Source: Callorhinchus milii (Eukaryota). From it: a DNA stretch of 64,000 bases. Below are positions 52,392-64,000 of this stretch, one piece after another; the first letter of the stretch is position 1, and every line of letters begins with the position of its first letter. The translations under genes were made by a program, and so were the position numbers. The notes beneath the pieces are model-generated. The model saw only the letters and a list, made by a program, of their open reading frames with translations, was not told the DNA's origin and did not search any database. Location of the stretch: positions 61,568,001 to 61,632,000 of the forward strand of contig NW_024704743.1 in the NCBI RefSeq assembly GCF_018977255.1, read 5' to 3'.

Positions 52392-52658
52392 AATAATAAT
52401 AATAATCCTTGCATTTGCTATAGCGCTTTTCACGTCTTCTAGACGTCTCAAAGCACTTCACTGAATATGCTGTAAAGTGAATTGACTGTATATTTGTGGG
52501 CGAAACGCGGCAGCCAATTGCGCACAGCAGTGTTCCACAAGCAGTCGTAGATTGAAAATGACCAATTTATTATTGTTTTGTCTTGGAGGGATTATTATTA
52601 GGCGTGTGGAGTAAGGAAACTTGCCCAAGGTTTCGCTCTGCCTGGAATTGAACCCAGG
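52392..52658 (-). mobile_element. tRNA-SINE internal-deletion variant, 5'-truncated
   Basis: Highly similar to 28768-29030, with the same deletion junction. Confidence 0.85.
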
Positions 52659-53934
52659 TTGAAATCTGATTTTCACTAGCTTTTCACACCCTTGCTAAAA
52701 TGTTTTTGAAATGGAAGCAATTTAATTGGATATTAAGTGGCGAGCAAATTTTTTGTGAAAAAAAAATAATTTTCATCAAGCTAAGCTCAGTACTTTAAGG
52801 ATCTGTTTAAAATGATAGAGTTAAAGTTATTAGTGAAGACATCAATCCTTTCGCTGAGCTGTTCAGTCTATAAAATGGTTTCCAAGTGTGTTGGTTAAAT
52901 TGTTGGCAAATGAATGCAGCACATTTATACTGGTAATATAACAGAGCTCAACACCAATCCAGATGCGCAATTTAATATACCCATAACATGAAAAGCTTGA
53001 TTTCCCACTTGCTAGAACTTCCTTGCTCATTTCTTATCTGTGACTTTAATTATAATGCTGTCTATAGTGCCTGCTATGCCCAAGCAAGGTTTTATTAATT
53101 CAAGAGCATTAACAGAGAGCAAATATCACCTTCTGCGTTGCCTGCAGGAGAATTACAGCTTTTATAACAATAAGCACAAAAAACTCCTCTTTTACACTTT
53201 TGTGTTCAAAGCAACTAATTCATACCTAAACCTCCAAAACAAATAAGATTCATTATTCTTCAATATAATTGTTGTACAATATATCACACTTATATTTTAA
53301 GTATCTATTTGCTTAAAAAACTCAGTAAATTATCTTCTCTCTTTACGCAAAGAGCAACCCAAAGGAGAATCTTCCTTGTGACTGAAGCAGAATAATGGTC
53401 TTGTTCCAGCAATCTGGCATTTAATCTATCCATTTCCCCCCAATAAAGGGATGATGTACTATAAAAAAGCTGTTCCAGAAAAACAAATGAATCAGGACCA
53501 ACACATTCTCAATCTATATCAGATCTAGCTAAGACTTGATGATTCAGATCCAAAATGACAAGTTGTCTGATTTGTCAGCAGTTCATCAGAATAGAACTGC
53601 AATCCTGAGAGGGAAGATGCAAAAGATCTACCAAACCCAAACCTCAATCACAAGCACTGCTGTTTCCTAAACACTGATAAAACTAGAGGGCAAAGAGAGG
53701 CCAGGATAGCAAGATACTGCAGCATTACAGAGGTGAGTTTAGCTGTATTAGGATGAAATGGCTATATTTCCAAACAAGTCATATGATTGTTTGTTTACAT
53801 GAAGTTCAATTTCAGTGCCTCACTGACACACCAAAGCCAGTAGCAAGGGATAATAATAGCACTGCCATTGTCCAGCCCTCAACAAGACTAATGCTCCCTG
53901 CTTTCTAAAGCACTTAGTATCACACGTTTTCAAT

Positions 53935-54361
53935 GTAATAATAATATTATAAACCTTGCATTTGATATAGCGCCTTATCACATCTCCGATGTAATTATCT
54001 CAAAGCGCTTCACCGGATACACTGTAAATTTAATTGACTGTATATGTTGTGGGCGAAACGCAGCAGCCAATTGCGCACAGCAGTATCCCACAAACAGCGG
54101 TGGATTGAATGACCAAATCATTATTATATTTTTCTATGTATGTATTTATTTATTTATTTATTTATTTATTTATTTGAAGGAATTATTACCCTCGGAAAAG
54201 CAGTCTGCCAATCGACTAACAATCGGGTTCCTCTTACTGCTAGGTAAACAGAGGTGCGAGGAGTAAGAAAACGTGCCCAACATTTTGCCCTGCTCGGGAC
54301 TTGAGCCCAGGTCCTCTAGCTTGCGAGGCGAGCTCTCTAACTATTAAGCTACAGGATTCAC
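53935..54361 (-). mobile_element. Full-length tRNA-derived SINE with an internal (TTTA)n expansion
   Basis: Head, body and tail present; (TTTA)n at about 54142-54175. Confidence 0.85.
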
Positions 54362-55634
54362 CTAATTTTACTCCTCTAATTTACATCCTTTTACAGCCTT
54401 TTCACCTTGCTTTTCCCATCCCATGTTTCTGACTGCTCCAGAGCTCAGGCGAAATAGCAGGTGGAGTCGTGACAGAATACTTAACTTGTAAGGCTCTCCC
54501 TCAGATTGTTTACATGATTTTACTGCAATGTTCAGACTTCCCCTGCTAACACATCCCAGCACTACATGTGCACAATGCTCGCTCTGGTAAGTAAAATTTA
54601 TATGTGAAATGTTTAAATAATTAAAGCCTACAGCTTTTTGGCATCCATTAGTATTCCCCATACTTCACCAAGTTTCAAGGTTTACTGTGAACTACCCAGA
54701 TTCAGTCTGGCAGTTCGAAATCACATGCCATGGTCTCCAAACATATTTAAGTCATCCCATAAGATTATGTTTGGGCACTACACAAAAAAGGGTTAAAGTG
54801 GAAGTTCTAATTGAATTGTGATTTACACAGTTCCTTTGAATTTACACAGTGGAACGTGTCTGTGTTTGCATCTACCCTCCTCATGTTGACTGGGCCATTT
54901 TGCAGTCGTGCTATGTTATTTCAGATGTTCACACAGCACTGAGGTGAGACATTTAAAGTGTCACCTGCTTGAAACGTCGCAAAATCGAAATGGTGGAGAG
55001 ATGAGTGAATGGTCAATGAAATCAACATGAAAATTGTATCAAAGTCAGTTTCCAAACAGCAGAGAGTGTGCAGAATGCTTTACTCTGGTATTCAGTAATC
55101 ATTTTGCTTTTCACTCATTTTGCACAAAATGTATTCAGCAATATTGATTATTCCTTTTGTACTTTTGTGTTTTTTAACAATTTTAGCTTTGGTTTTGTGA
55201 TATTTTATTTGAATCACAGAATATTTACAGCAAAGGAGACCATTTGGTCCATCCTGACTACGCTGGTTCAAACTCCCCCCACTGAAGCCACTGAAGCCAT
55301 CTAATCTAATCTAACCTAATCTCATTCCCCTGCTATCCCCATAATCTTTAATAATTATTTTTCTTAAAATATTTATCCAGTTATCTTTTCAATGCTTTTA
55401 GCAACTTGACTCAAACAGAGCATACTCTAGCAACATGTAAAAACAATTCTTCTATTGCATCCTTTATGCATCCTTTATTCTTATGTTAATTATTAATCTT
55501 TGCCCTTTTATTACTGATCAGTGGAAATATCTCTGTAGTCTCAAAGTCTGTTTCTACCCTATCAAAACCATTCACAACCTTCACATCTCTCCTATATTCC
55601 TCATTAATTCACATGTTCCTTTATTTTCTCCTGG

Positions 55635-55701
55635 TCTAACCCTTGTCATTTCACCTTCTCTTTATCTAACCCTTATAATTTCACATTTGCTTTATCTAAC
55701 C
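55635..55701 (+). repeat. 30-bp tandem repeat, about 2.2 copies
   Basis: tctaacccttgtcatttcaccttctcttta / tctaacccttataatttcacatttgcttta / tctaacc. Confidence 0.75.
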
Positions 55702-58039
55702 TTTGTTTTTTTTCTTTGTCATATTTCCCTCCAATTTATATCAAAAGATCTACATTGCAGAAATTTTATTTAAAATTCACATGTTAGGGATTTGAGTACA
55801 AATCAAGCTTTGGTATCACAGACCTATTTAATACAAACCTCCCATTGCAATTGTGGTTTGGCTCTGCTCCTCGCTGGTGCTGCAGTATTCTAAACAACTC
55901 TGCCCCTGAAAGTCACAAGGTGTTGAATGGACACATTGCTCTGAAAGCCGATGCAGATTTGATGGGCTGAATGGCCTCCTTCTGCACTATCTTTTTTTTA
56001 TGACTCTGTGAACTTTATATAATCCTAGCCTGGTTTCAATCTGACCTTTTTGTGCTACAATTTTTTTCCTGTAGAATTCATAAATAATAATGATAATAAT
56101 CCTTGCATTTGATACAAGTGCCTTTAATGTCAGGAGGACATCTCAAAGCCCTACACAGGATTTTACAGTAATGTGTTCTTTCTGTGTATGTTGCACACTG
56201 TATTTTGCCTGGATTTCCAGACATCTATTATAACCCTATACTGCAACTTCACTCAGGGATTTTCCTAAATCTTATCCCTTTTCTCCCTGGCAACTTTCTT
56301 TGGAAGTTCTTGGTACAGTAGTCCATTGAATAAAAATACATATGAAAGTTCATGCTCCATTAGTCAATGTTAGCTTATTTTTGCCATGTTTTTAGATACC
56401 AGAATATGAGATCTACATATTTTTAGCTTTGAGCTTTGTCCTTTTCAATCCGTTTTGCTTGAAATTTGGTTAAGGACAATGCCAAACCTGAGTTCACTTT
56501 CTACCTGTATTAATAATAATATTAATAATAACCTTCTCTTTTTGAATAGTGATGTGGAATCTTTAATGTTCACTTGAACAGGCAGATGGGCTTTGGATTC
56601 ATGCTTCATCCGCAGATTGATTATTTGGATGTCCTGCTGATCTTCGAATATCAAAAGGACTCAACAACTTGGATTAAGTCTCTGATCACTTGTTCAGACA
56701 TAGACAATTTCCAATTTCAGGCAATATTCCAGTAACAGTGGCTCGGGTAGCAGAGATGTCAAGCTGGGGCTAGTTTTTTTTCCTCTAGCGGCAGCTAAAT
56801 GCACTGGAGTTATTCACAAGTTCTGGTAGTCAAATATCCGTAAATTGTTTTTCTGAAGTAGGTTTTCCAGTTCATTGCAAGTTGAGAATAATTTAGTGAT
56901 AAATCATTTGCCATTGTCGAGCAGGGCAAATTGAGACTTACAGTGATCTGCATGCTTTTAAACCATTTTCCTCTCCTTCAGAATAACCTCCTTTTGCACT
57001 GCTTTCCATTCATTTACTCCATTGAACTTACCCTGCCTGGACCACACACTAATTTTGGCTGAAAAGGTTAGCAATGGTTCTATCGGGGGGGTTCTGAACC
57101 AACTTCAAAGAAGTTGCATGAGAACAAGGATAATTCTCCAGCTGCTTGTTATTCCAATCTATGTGGGAAAGCCCTGACCCTCTACTATACAGAACCCATA
57201 GTGTTGATACCTAGATCAGAAATCCAGCAGTGTACAAGACATACCATTGAAAGAAAGAACTTATACAATTTACAATACAATTTGAATTTGATGTAGCGCC
57301 CAGTGTTTTTATAGCACTTTATGTGCAATTGACTCAAAGTTCTTTATAGTAATTACTGTCATGTGTATTTGTAAACAAACTGTAGCAATTTTGCAAGCTG
57401 CAGGGTCCTATAAACAGGCAAATGTAATCAATTTATTTGAAGGATTGTTATTCCAAGACACAGAGAAACTTCTTTCTCTTTTCAATCAATATCACAGGAT
57501 TTTCAGCGACTACCTGAAACTGGAAGATTGGTTTTACCTGACCAGCTGCACAACCCCCAATACTGCACTGGGGTGGGGGGTCAGCCTAGATTATGATCTT
57601 AAGTCTTGCATAGGGCGTGAATGCACAATCATCTGACCCAGAGGTAAGTGTGACAACAATTTAGTTAAACTGACAACCTGTTTTCTATAATGTCTTATAT
57701 TGGTGCTCTATTTCACCGTGTTTCAAAATAAAGCTTAATTTTCTTATAACTGTAAATCTTTGTTCTCATCCAAAATGTAAACAATTAGGATAGAGAGCAA
57801 TAATAGTTATATTATTCACTTTTTCTGTTTTTGCTACCAGGGAAAAATCCATTCTCTAGGATAAACCCATGCATCAAAACAAAAATGATGCTGGAAGATT
57901 TGTTGCACTTTGTATTGGGAGTTCTGTCACTGTGCTACAGCATTGCCAACCTGTTGTGTCACAGTGAAGAACAAACAAGCCTAGTGCAAAGGGAGCAAAA
58001 AGAAACATTGAAACATCAGAAGATAGGATTTAAAGGATC

Positions 58040-58390
58040 ACATTAACAGTTCATTTGTAGGTGAATGTGGCACCTAATTTGTGCACAGCAATGTCCCACA
58101 AACAACAAAATTACGAACAGCCATGAAGTGAATAATCAATTTTATTTGGGAGATTGTTGGTCAAGACACTGGAGGAAACTCCCTTCTCTTTTTGAATAGT
58201 GCTGTGGGATCTTTAACATCTACCTGAACAAGCAGATGGGACCTCAGTTGAATGCCTCTCCAGACACCTCTGACAGTGAAGCTCTCCCCAGCGCTGAGCT
58301 GGAGTGTCAGCTTGGACGCTGAGTTTAAAGTCCTAACCCAGAACTTTCTGATTCAGGGCCAAAAGTTTTACCAACTGAGCCAGGCAGATA
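58040..58390 (-). mobile_element. DeuSINE
   Basis: Deu domain and head in reverse complement. Confidence 0.78.
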
Positions 58391-61300
58391 CCATTTTAAA
58401 CAAATTAATAATTCTCCAGAATTCTACATGATCTTAAGTTGTAAAGCAACAGTCTTAAAACTAACACCATGAGATATTTTGGGCCTCCAATCTTATTGTA
58501 CCTGATCTCATCCTTATCCCTTGTGAAATTAACTTCCTATGCAGAAGTCAAGGTAAAATAAGATTCCGAATTGGACCAGAAAAGACCACTGTAGTCCAGC
58601 TGACTGGTCACAAATAAAAATGAGTAATAATCCTCTTCTACAGTGCAATGAAATTGAGCAGTTTATACTTATAATGTCAAAGATAGGCCCTTATGGATGA
58701 AAATCCAGCATGAAAATCACATTAGAGTTTGTCTCTCCTGGACTATTTCCATGTCTCCTACTGCAAGCTGCGAGCATTAGAAGACCAAACCTGTTTATAT
58801 AATGTGATCTTACGATTCCATTCAACAGAAAAAAGGCTCATAAATGTATATATGGGATCTATTACACGGTGATTTCTAATGGGATTCTTCAATAAGAAAA
58901 CAAGGGAGGACTTTTGTTGATAACAGGAAATACATCACACCAACTTGCAAGAACTTTGCTCTGAAAGCAGCTTGTTTTGATCCCCGACTGTTCAGCGCCT
59001 TGGGACGTCCTCCCGACGTGAAAGGTACTTTACAAATGTAATTTGTTGTTATTTAAGAGCTGGAATACATACATATGCACATAGAAATCCCAAGCCTTGA
59101 CAAACCTGCAATTTCTTTATTAAGAAATCCCATTGCAAATACTCCCATATGAGATTCAATTGTGAATGTGCTTCACCCACAAAATATACAATCAATTCAC
59201 TTTACAGTCTATTCTGTGAAGCGCTTTGAGACATCCTAAAGATTTGATGAAATGCGATAGAAAATGCAAGGATTAATATTATTATTATTTGTTATGTTCT
59301 TATTTTGTTTTACTTAAATTGCTTCTTCAATTAACATCGTCCACAATGTTATGTATTAAGTCAATATTATGTAGTTCTGCTCAGGCTGTTCTCCACTGTG
59401 GTGCCATCAGAATCATTCAGCTACTGTACACTCTTTGTCAACGTCCTTGGTTAAATAATATGAATAATAAACAAAGAGATGCAATTGATAGCGAAAAACA
59501 AAAAATATGTGCTATTCAACAGATGTAAGCAATATCTTATGCATACTGTCATTTGGGCAAGATGTAGCATTAATCACTTTTGAATGAATTTTATGGTAAA
59601 TACATTTTAATATGCAACTTTTATTCATATGAAAATCTTATTATTATAAAATTAATCCTGAAGCTCTGCTTATTTTTAAAAAAATTAATAACACTTGCTT
59701 CCCCCTCCTGCATGGCAAACTCTCAATTAAAGGCCTGTGTCCATGAGACTGAATTCAGTTCCTTCAGGGTGCATCAGTGTGGGCGTGGGTGCCAATGCAA
59801 CATGTCTCAGAGTGACTCGAGGCACTGTTTTAATTATTCTGTTTAGAGGTGAAAAGCAGCTCTTTGCAGTGCAGAATAGATATGCAAATGTTAATTTAAC
59901 CGAGTTTCCAGGATGCTGTCACAGTGATACTTAGAATTCTGGAGAGTAGTAGAGAAGAAATGTCTTTTGAAATGACACAGTGCAAATACCATTGTCACTC
60001 TTCATTTGGGCCAAAATATAGAGATGAAAATTGCAATATTTTTAAAAGCTGTGATGTCAAATCTGTTAAGAAAGACTACAATTTCCAATTTATTAATAAC
60101 ACTTGGCTGTGGGTGTGAAGAACTCCCCCTCACCTTATAATATTAATCTTTGCATTTGTTATGCTGTTAAAGTGACTCAAATGCTTCACATGAAGTGTAG
60201 TGACTGTGTATTGGTTGGTGCTATTGGCACAGCCTGTGAAATGATCTCAGTGCTACCGTTTTTGTGGCCACAATTGTCCCCGATCACTTAACTCAAGCTG
60301 ATTTACATAGATTTAGCTTGACTATACAGTACATAAATAACCAACCAATGTGTGTGGGTGTTTATACTCCACATTAGTCTCCACCCACTCCTTACTCCCT
60401 TCCATGCCCTTCTATTCCCTTCTCCCTCACACAAGTGGAATCCGCTTTTGTCGGACGCCAATTAACCCCAGAAGTCAGGTAAATTGAACAAAATGCCTGG
60501 CCCCGATTCATTTATATCCTTGCCTGTTGTAAGTATTTTCTCAGCAAAACGCGACAGTCAATTGCGCACAGCTATTTATGTTAACCTTATCGAACCCTTT
60601 TATAATTATAAATACCTCTTAAACGTCTCTTCTTCAGTAAAGAAAAGTCCTGACATTATCATACCAAACCTACACTGTATTCTTTTCATTGCTCTTACAT
60701 CCCTCTTGTAGTGTGACGATCAACTAATGTTATTGAAGTACCATGCTCCACCATTGGCAACAAAAATTGTGTTGTCTAACAGCAGCAAAAATAGAGACAC
60801 TGAAATCTTTACACCAGATTTGAACTTAACTGTTGTGATCGAGTCAACGGAGAGGAGGAGGAGGCTTCAAATCATGGAATAGTCATAAATGGGAAATTCC
60901 AAAGTTTTAGGAAACTATTTACCTATTCTATCCTTGATCCCGATGATTCACGCTACCCTGCTTGAATAGCGCTATGTAAAAGCAAGTTGCTGTTGTTTTT
61001 GTTGTTGTTGATGATGGAATTTTTTTTGGAATACAGAGGACAACTCGGTCTATATTAATCCCTGGTAACGAGGATGAAGCTCTGGCTCACGGGTCCAAAA
61101 TTGCATGAGGCACACTTGGGTGGAGTTTCATTCCTTGTAAGAGTTCTTTCTACAGCTGGGCAAGATTGCAAACAGACATTCCGTGCAATGCTCTCACACA
61201 GCAACTATTCAAAATGCACCCTTGCATGTGCAAAACATATGAGCAAACGGGCAGACTCCATCAGACTGTCTGCAAAGAGCAAAATCTAATTTTTTGTGGT

Positions 61301-63454
61301 GGGGCTTAAAAGTGTATTTTTTAAATGTTTTGACTGTCAGAGAGACTTGTCACTGAGCTGCCATCACTGCCCATTGAACACCAACTGATAAATAATTATT
61401 TTGTTTTAAAGGAAAGCTGTGTTAATGTACATTGGCACAAAACCTGCTGGCAAGGGTACATTTCATTATGGTATACAAATCAAGCTCAATAAATATTCCC
61501 CACCCTTGAGCTGCTGGATTACTTATACTTTACAACAAGTGCATTGCAGAGAGGAGTGGAATAATATGCAGTACTGTGGTCATGGCCAGCAAGATACATG
61601 TGTGCCTCCATACAGGAAATGCCTTATGAATGTGGTCAGAATACCAACTCTGGTTTCCAATTCCCTGGTGCCTCAGTACATTCACACTGTCAACATTTGC
61701 CGAAAATCTGCTCCGACTTTCTTTAAATATTTGAGATAGCCCAGAACAGCAAAAAGCTCTTGCAAAATCCCATTGCTAGAAATCTCACTGGGGGGAGAGG
61801 AGTATGACATTCTGGCATGTTAAAAACACGAGCAGAAGTAAATAGTCAATAGGTTGTTGGGGATGGGGTAGGGGGAAGATGGGGAGGAGGACATAAGCGT
61901 TAACAAAGCAACACTGTCTCGTTTGAACACCACCATTTCTCACAGGCTTGTTTTTCTCGGTTGAATAGTAAAGATGTTGGAAATGCATAGGATTCAAATG
62001 AAGCGTGAGCTGATCACGAGCTGACAAAGAGCTGAGATTGTCGGATCTAATTAGACTTAGACAGAGGCTATGCTGGAAAACCCAGAGCTGTGACAGAAGA
62101 AAAAAAATCCATTTCAAGAACATCACTGCAACAGAGAACCGGTTCTACACATCTATAGGTACACACACACATCACAACAACAACTACAACAACATTTATA
62201 TACAACAACTTGCATTTATATAGAGTGCCTCACGCAGGTTAGCGTCCCAGTGCACATCATAACCATAGATGAAATGAGATTACGGCATTGAACTGTGGGC
62301 TGCAATATTCATTCTTGCTTATTGCTGGCAAGTTTCTATTGATGTCTTCTTGCAGGACAATTCCCTCATGCCAATGTGCTGCAATGCAGCACTGACACTA
62401 TTGCAGCCACAGATTGTTGACCTTCTTCTTATAGATGCTCCAGAAATAGTAAAGGTCAGTAACGACTGATCGAATGAAAGCAGTTAACCTACATTGCTGC
62501 TGTCTGCAGCAGCCTTGGTGTGTGGCACTCGAGCCGATCTGATCAAAACCTCAGTATTTCTTGGTCCAGGTTTATCCTTTCGATCTCAAAATGCACAGCT
62601 CACTCTTTTGCCCTGAGTTTCTGATCTAGAAGAATTCAATTTCCCAGAAACTTTTATTTACATCACAATGCATTTGTCAATAACGTTATGGGTCAATTTA
62701 AAAATGCAAATCATTTCTTGGATGTCATTGCAACTTTCAGCAAAGGTAAGTCCGTAGATTTTGTTCTCCTCCGGGGAAAATTTTCAGGAGATTAGCTACC
62801 TGTACTCATGTTTAATTATCTGCCGAGATGTATATTAAAGCATTGATGTAGCTCTCACAAACTCTAACCATCATTAAACAACAATGGTGCTTCTACATAA
62901 GGTTTGGTTGCTAGTATACACAAAAAAATGTAAGTTTAGCAGAATGTATCTCTAAGTGTTGAGGGAAAATAGATTGAGTTTGATAAAGGTGAAGGCAACA
63001 GCCAATTTGCACCCAGCAGTGTCCCACAAAACAATCATGAAATGAAGGACCAATTTTATCTGGCGGATTTTTGACCAAGACACTGGGAGAAAATTCCTTT
63101 GAAACATATATTTCTATTGATTCTTTAAAAAAGAGGAGGAAATTGCTGTCAGTTCATACAAATCAACAAGAGTCTTGAAAACAAATTCTCATATTGAAGC
63201 ACAGTCCACAAATGCTCCCAAAGAAAGATTATAGGATATGGGAAACGAGCAGAAGAGAAGGATTTGACAAGATGTTTCATGTGGAGAAAATCATCAATGG
63301 AGATTTGATGGGGCTGAATGACTTGCTTATGTGCTGTAATGCTCTATGGGGTACAATTTCCATTCAATATTATATGCATTGCTTTTAGTGGATTTTCTGT
63401 TATTTTGGAATAAAATGTAAAATGTAAACCTGTCCACGTGACTCACAATAAAAT

Positions 63455-64000
63455 ACAAAATTGCATTTGTAAAGCGCCTTTCACATCGGGAGGATGTCCC
63501 AAGGCGCTGAATAGTCAAGGATTTGGACCCGGCTGGGTGTCGGTATCGGGGAAGGTGGAGGGTAGGGGGGGAAGGAAGGTGACTACAGGCATGGTTAGAG
63601 GAGGGTTTTGAGACAGATCTTGAAGGAGGCAAGGGAGGGGACGAGGTGAAGGGGCTGCGGGATGGAGTTCCAGAGGGTGGGGCAGAGAGGCTGAAGGCCT
63701 GCCCGACAATGGTGGGGCGAGCAAGGTGGGGGACGTAAAGCAGGCCGGAGCCCGCTGAGCGGGGGGAGCAGACAGGTTGGTAGGGGCTTAAGAGATCACA
63801 GAAGTAGGGAGGAGCAAGACCGTGGAAGGCTTTGAAGGTAAGGACCAGGATCTTGAACTGCATTCTCTGAGTGATGGGGAGCCAGTGGAGCCGGGCGAGG
63901 ATGGACGTGACAGGGTCGCAGAACTGGTGTCAGAGAGGACACGAGCTGCAGAGTTCTGGATGATCTGCAGCCTGTGGTCGGAGGAGTTGGGGAGGCTGAC
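63455..64000 (-). mobile_element. L2 3' fragment running off the window end
   Basis: QFKILVLTFKAFHGLAPPY; L2 tail. Confidence 0.9.

Noticed and set aside
62340..62620. Possible Harbinger C-terminal remnant on the minus strand
   Set aside because: It needs frameshifts and several substitutions to resemble CxLHN; too weak.
1..64000. CRISPR arrays, operons or other prokaryotic systems
   Set aside because: The recurring motifs are dispersed SINE/LINE tails at irregular spacing, and the sequence is vertebrate intron.

Overview
Eukaryotic (vertebrate) intronic DNA. The repeat content (L2 and CR1 LINEs, tRNA-derived SINEs and Deu-domain SINEs) suggests a cartilaginous fish; this is inference only. 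The only convincing host coding sequence is one 138-bp phase-0 exon on the minus strand (33846-33983) matching exon 2 of GABBR2 (GABA-B receptor subunit 2) or a close paralog. The neighbouring exons were not found, so the rest of the window appears to be two introns of more than 30 kb each. Most listed ORFs are decayed L2/CR1 reverse-transcriptase fragments or noise. The most unusual object is a 1441-bp TG...CA element (49888-51328) with a 4-bp target-site duplication (TSD), inserted into a DeuSINE. It carries an antisense ~196-nt 7SL (SRP) RNA copy, two related outward-facing R/U5-like modules, and a cassette bracketed by 20-bp direct repeats. Other items of note are a near-perfect intronic hairpin (29553-29609), a degenerate Penelope-type hammerhead motif, a possible Harbinger transposase fossil, and L2 insertion junctions with microhomology to the element tail. 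Repeat boundaries were read by eye and are approximate unless stated otherwise.
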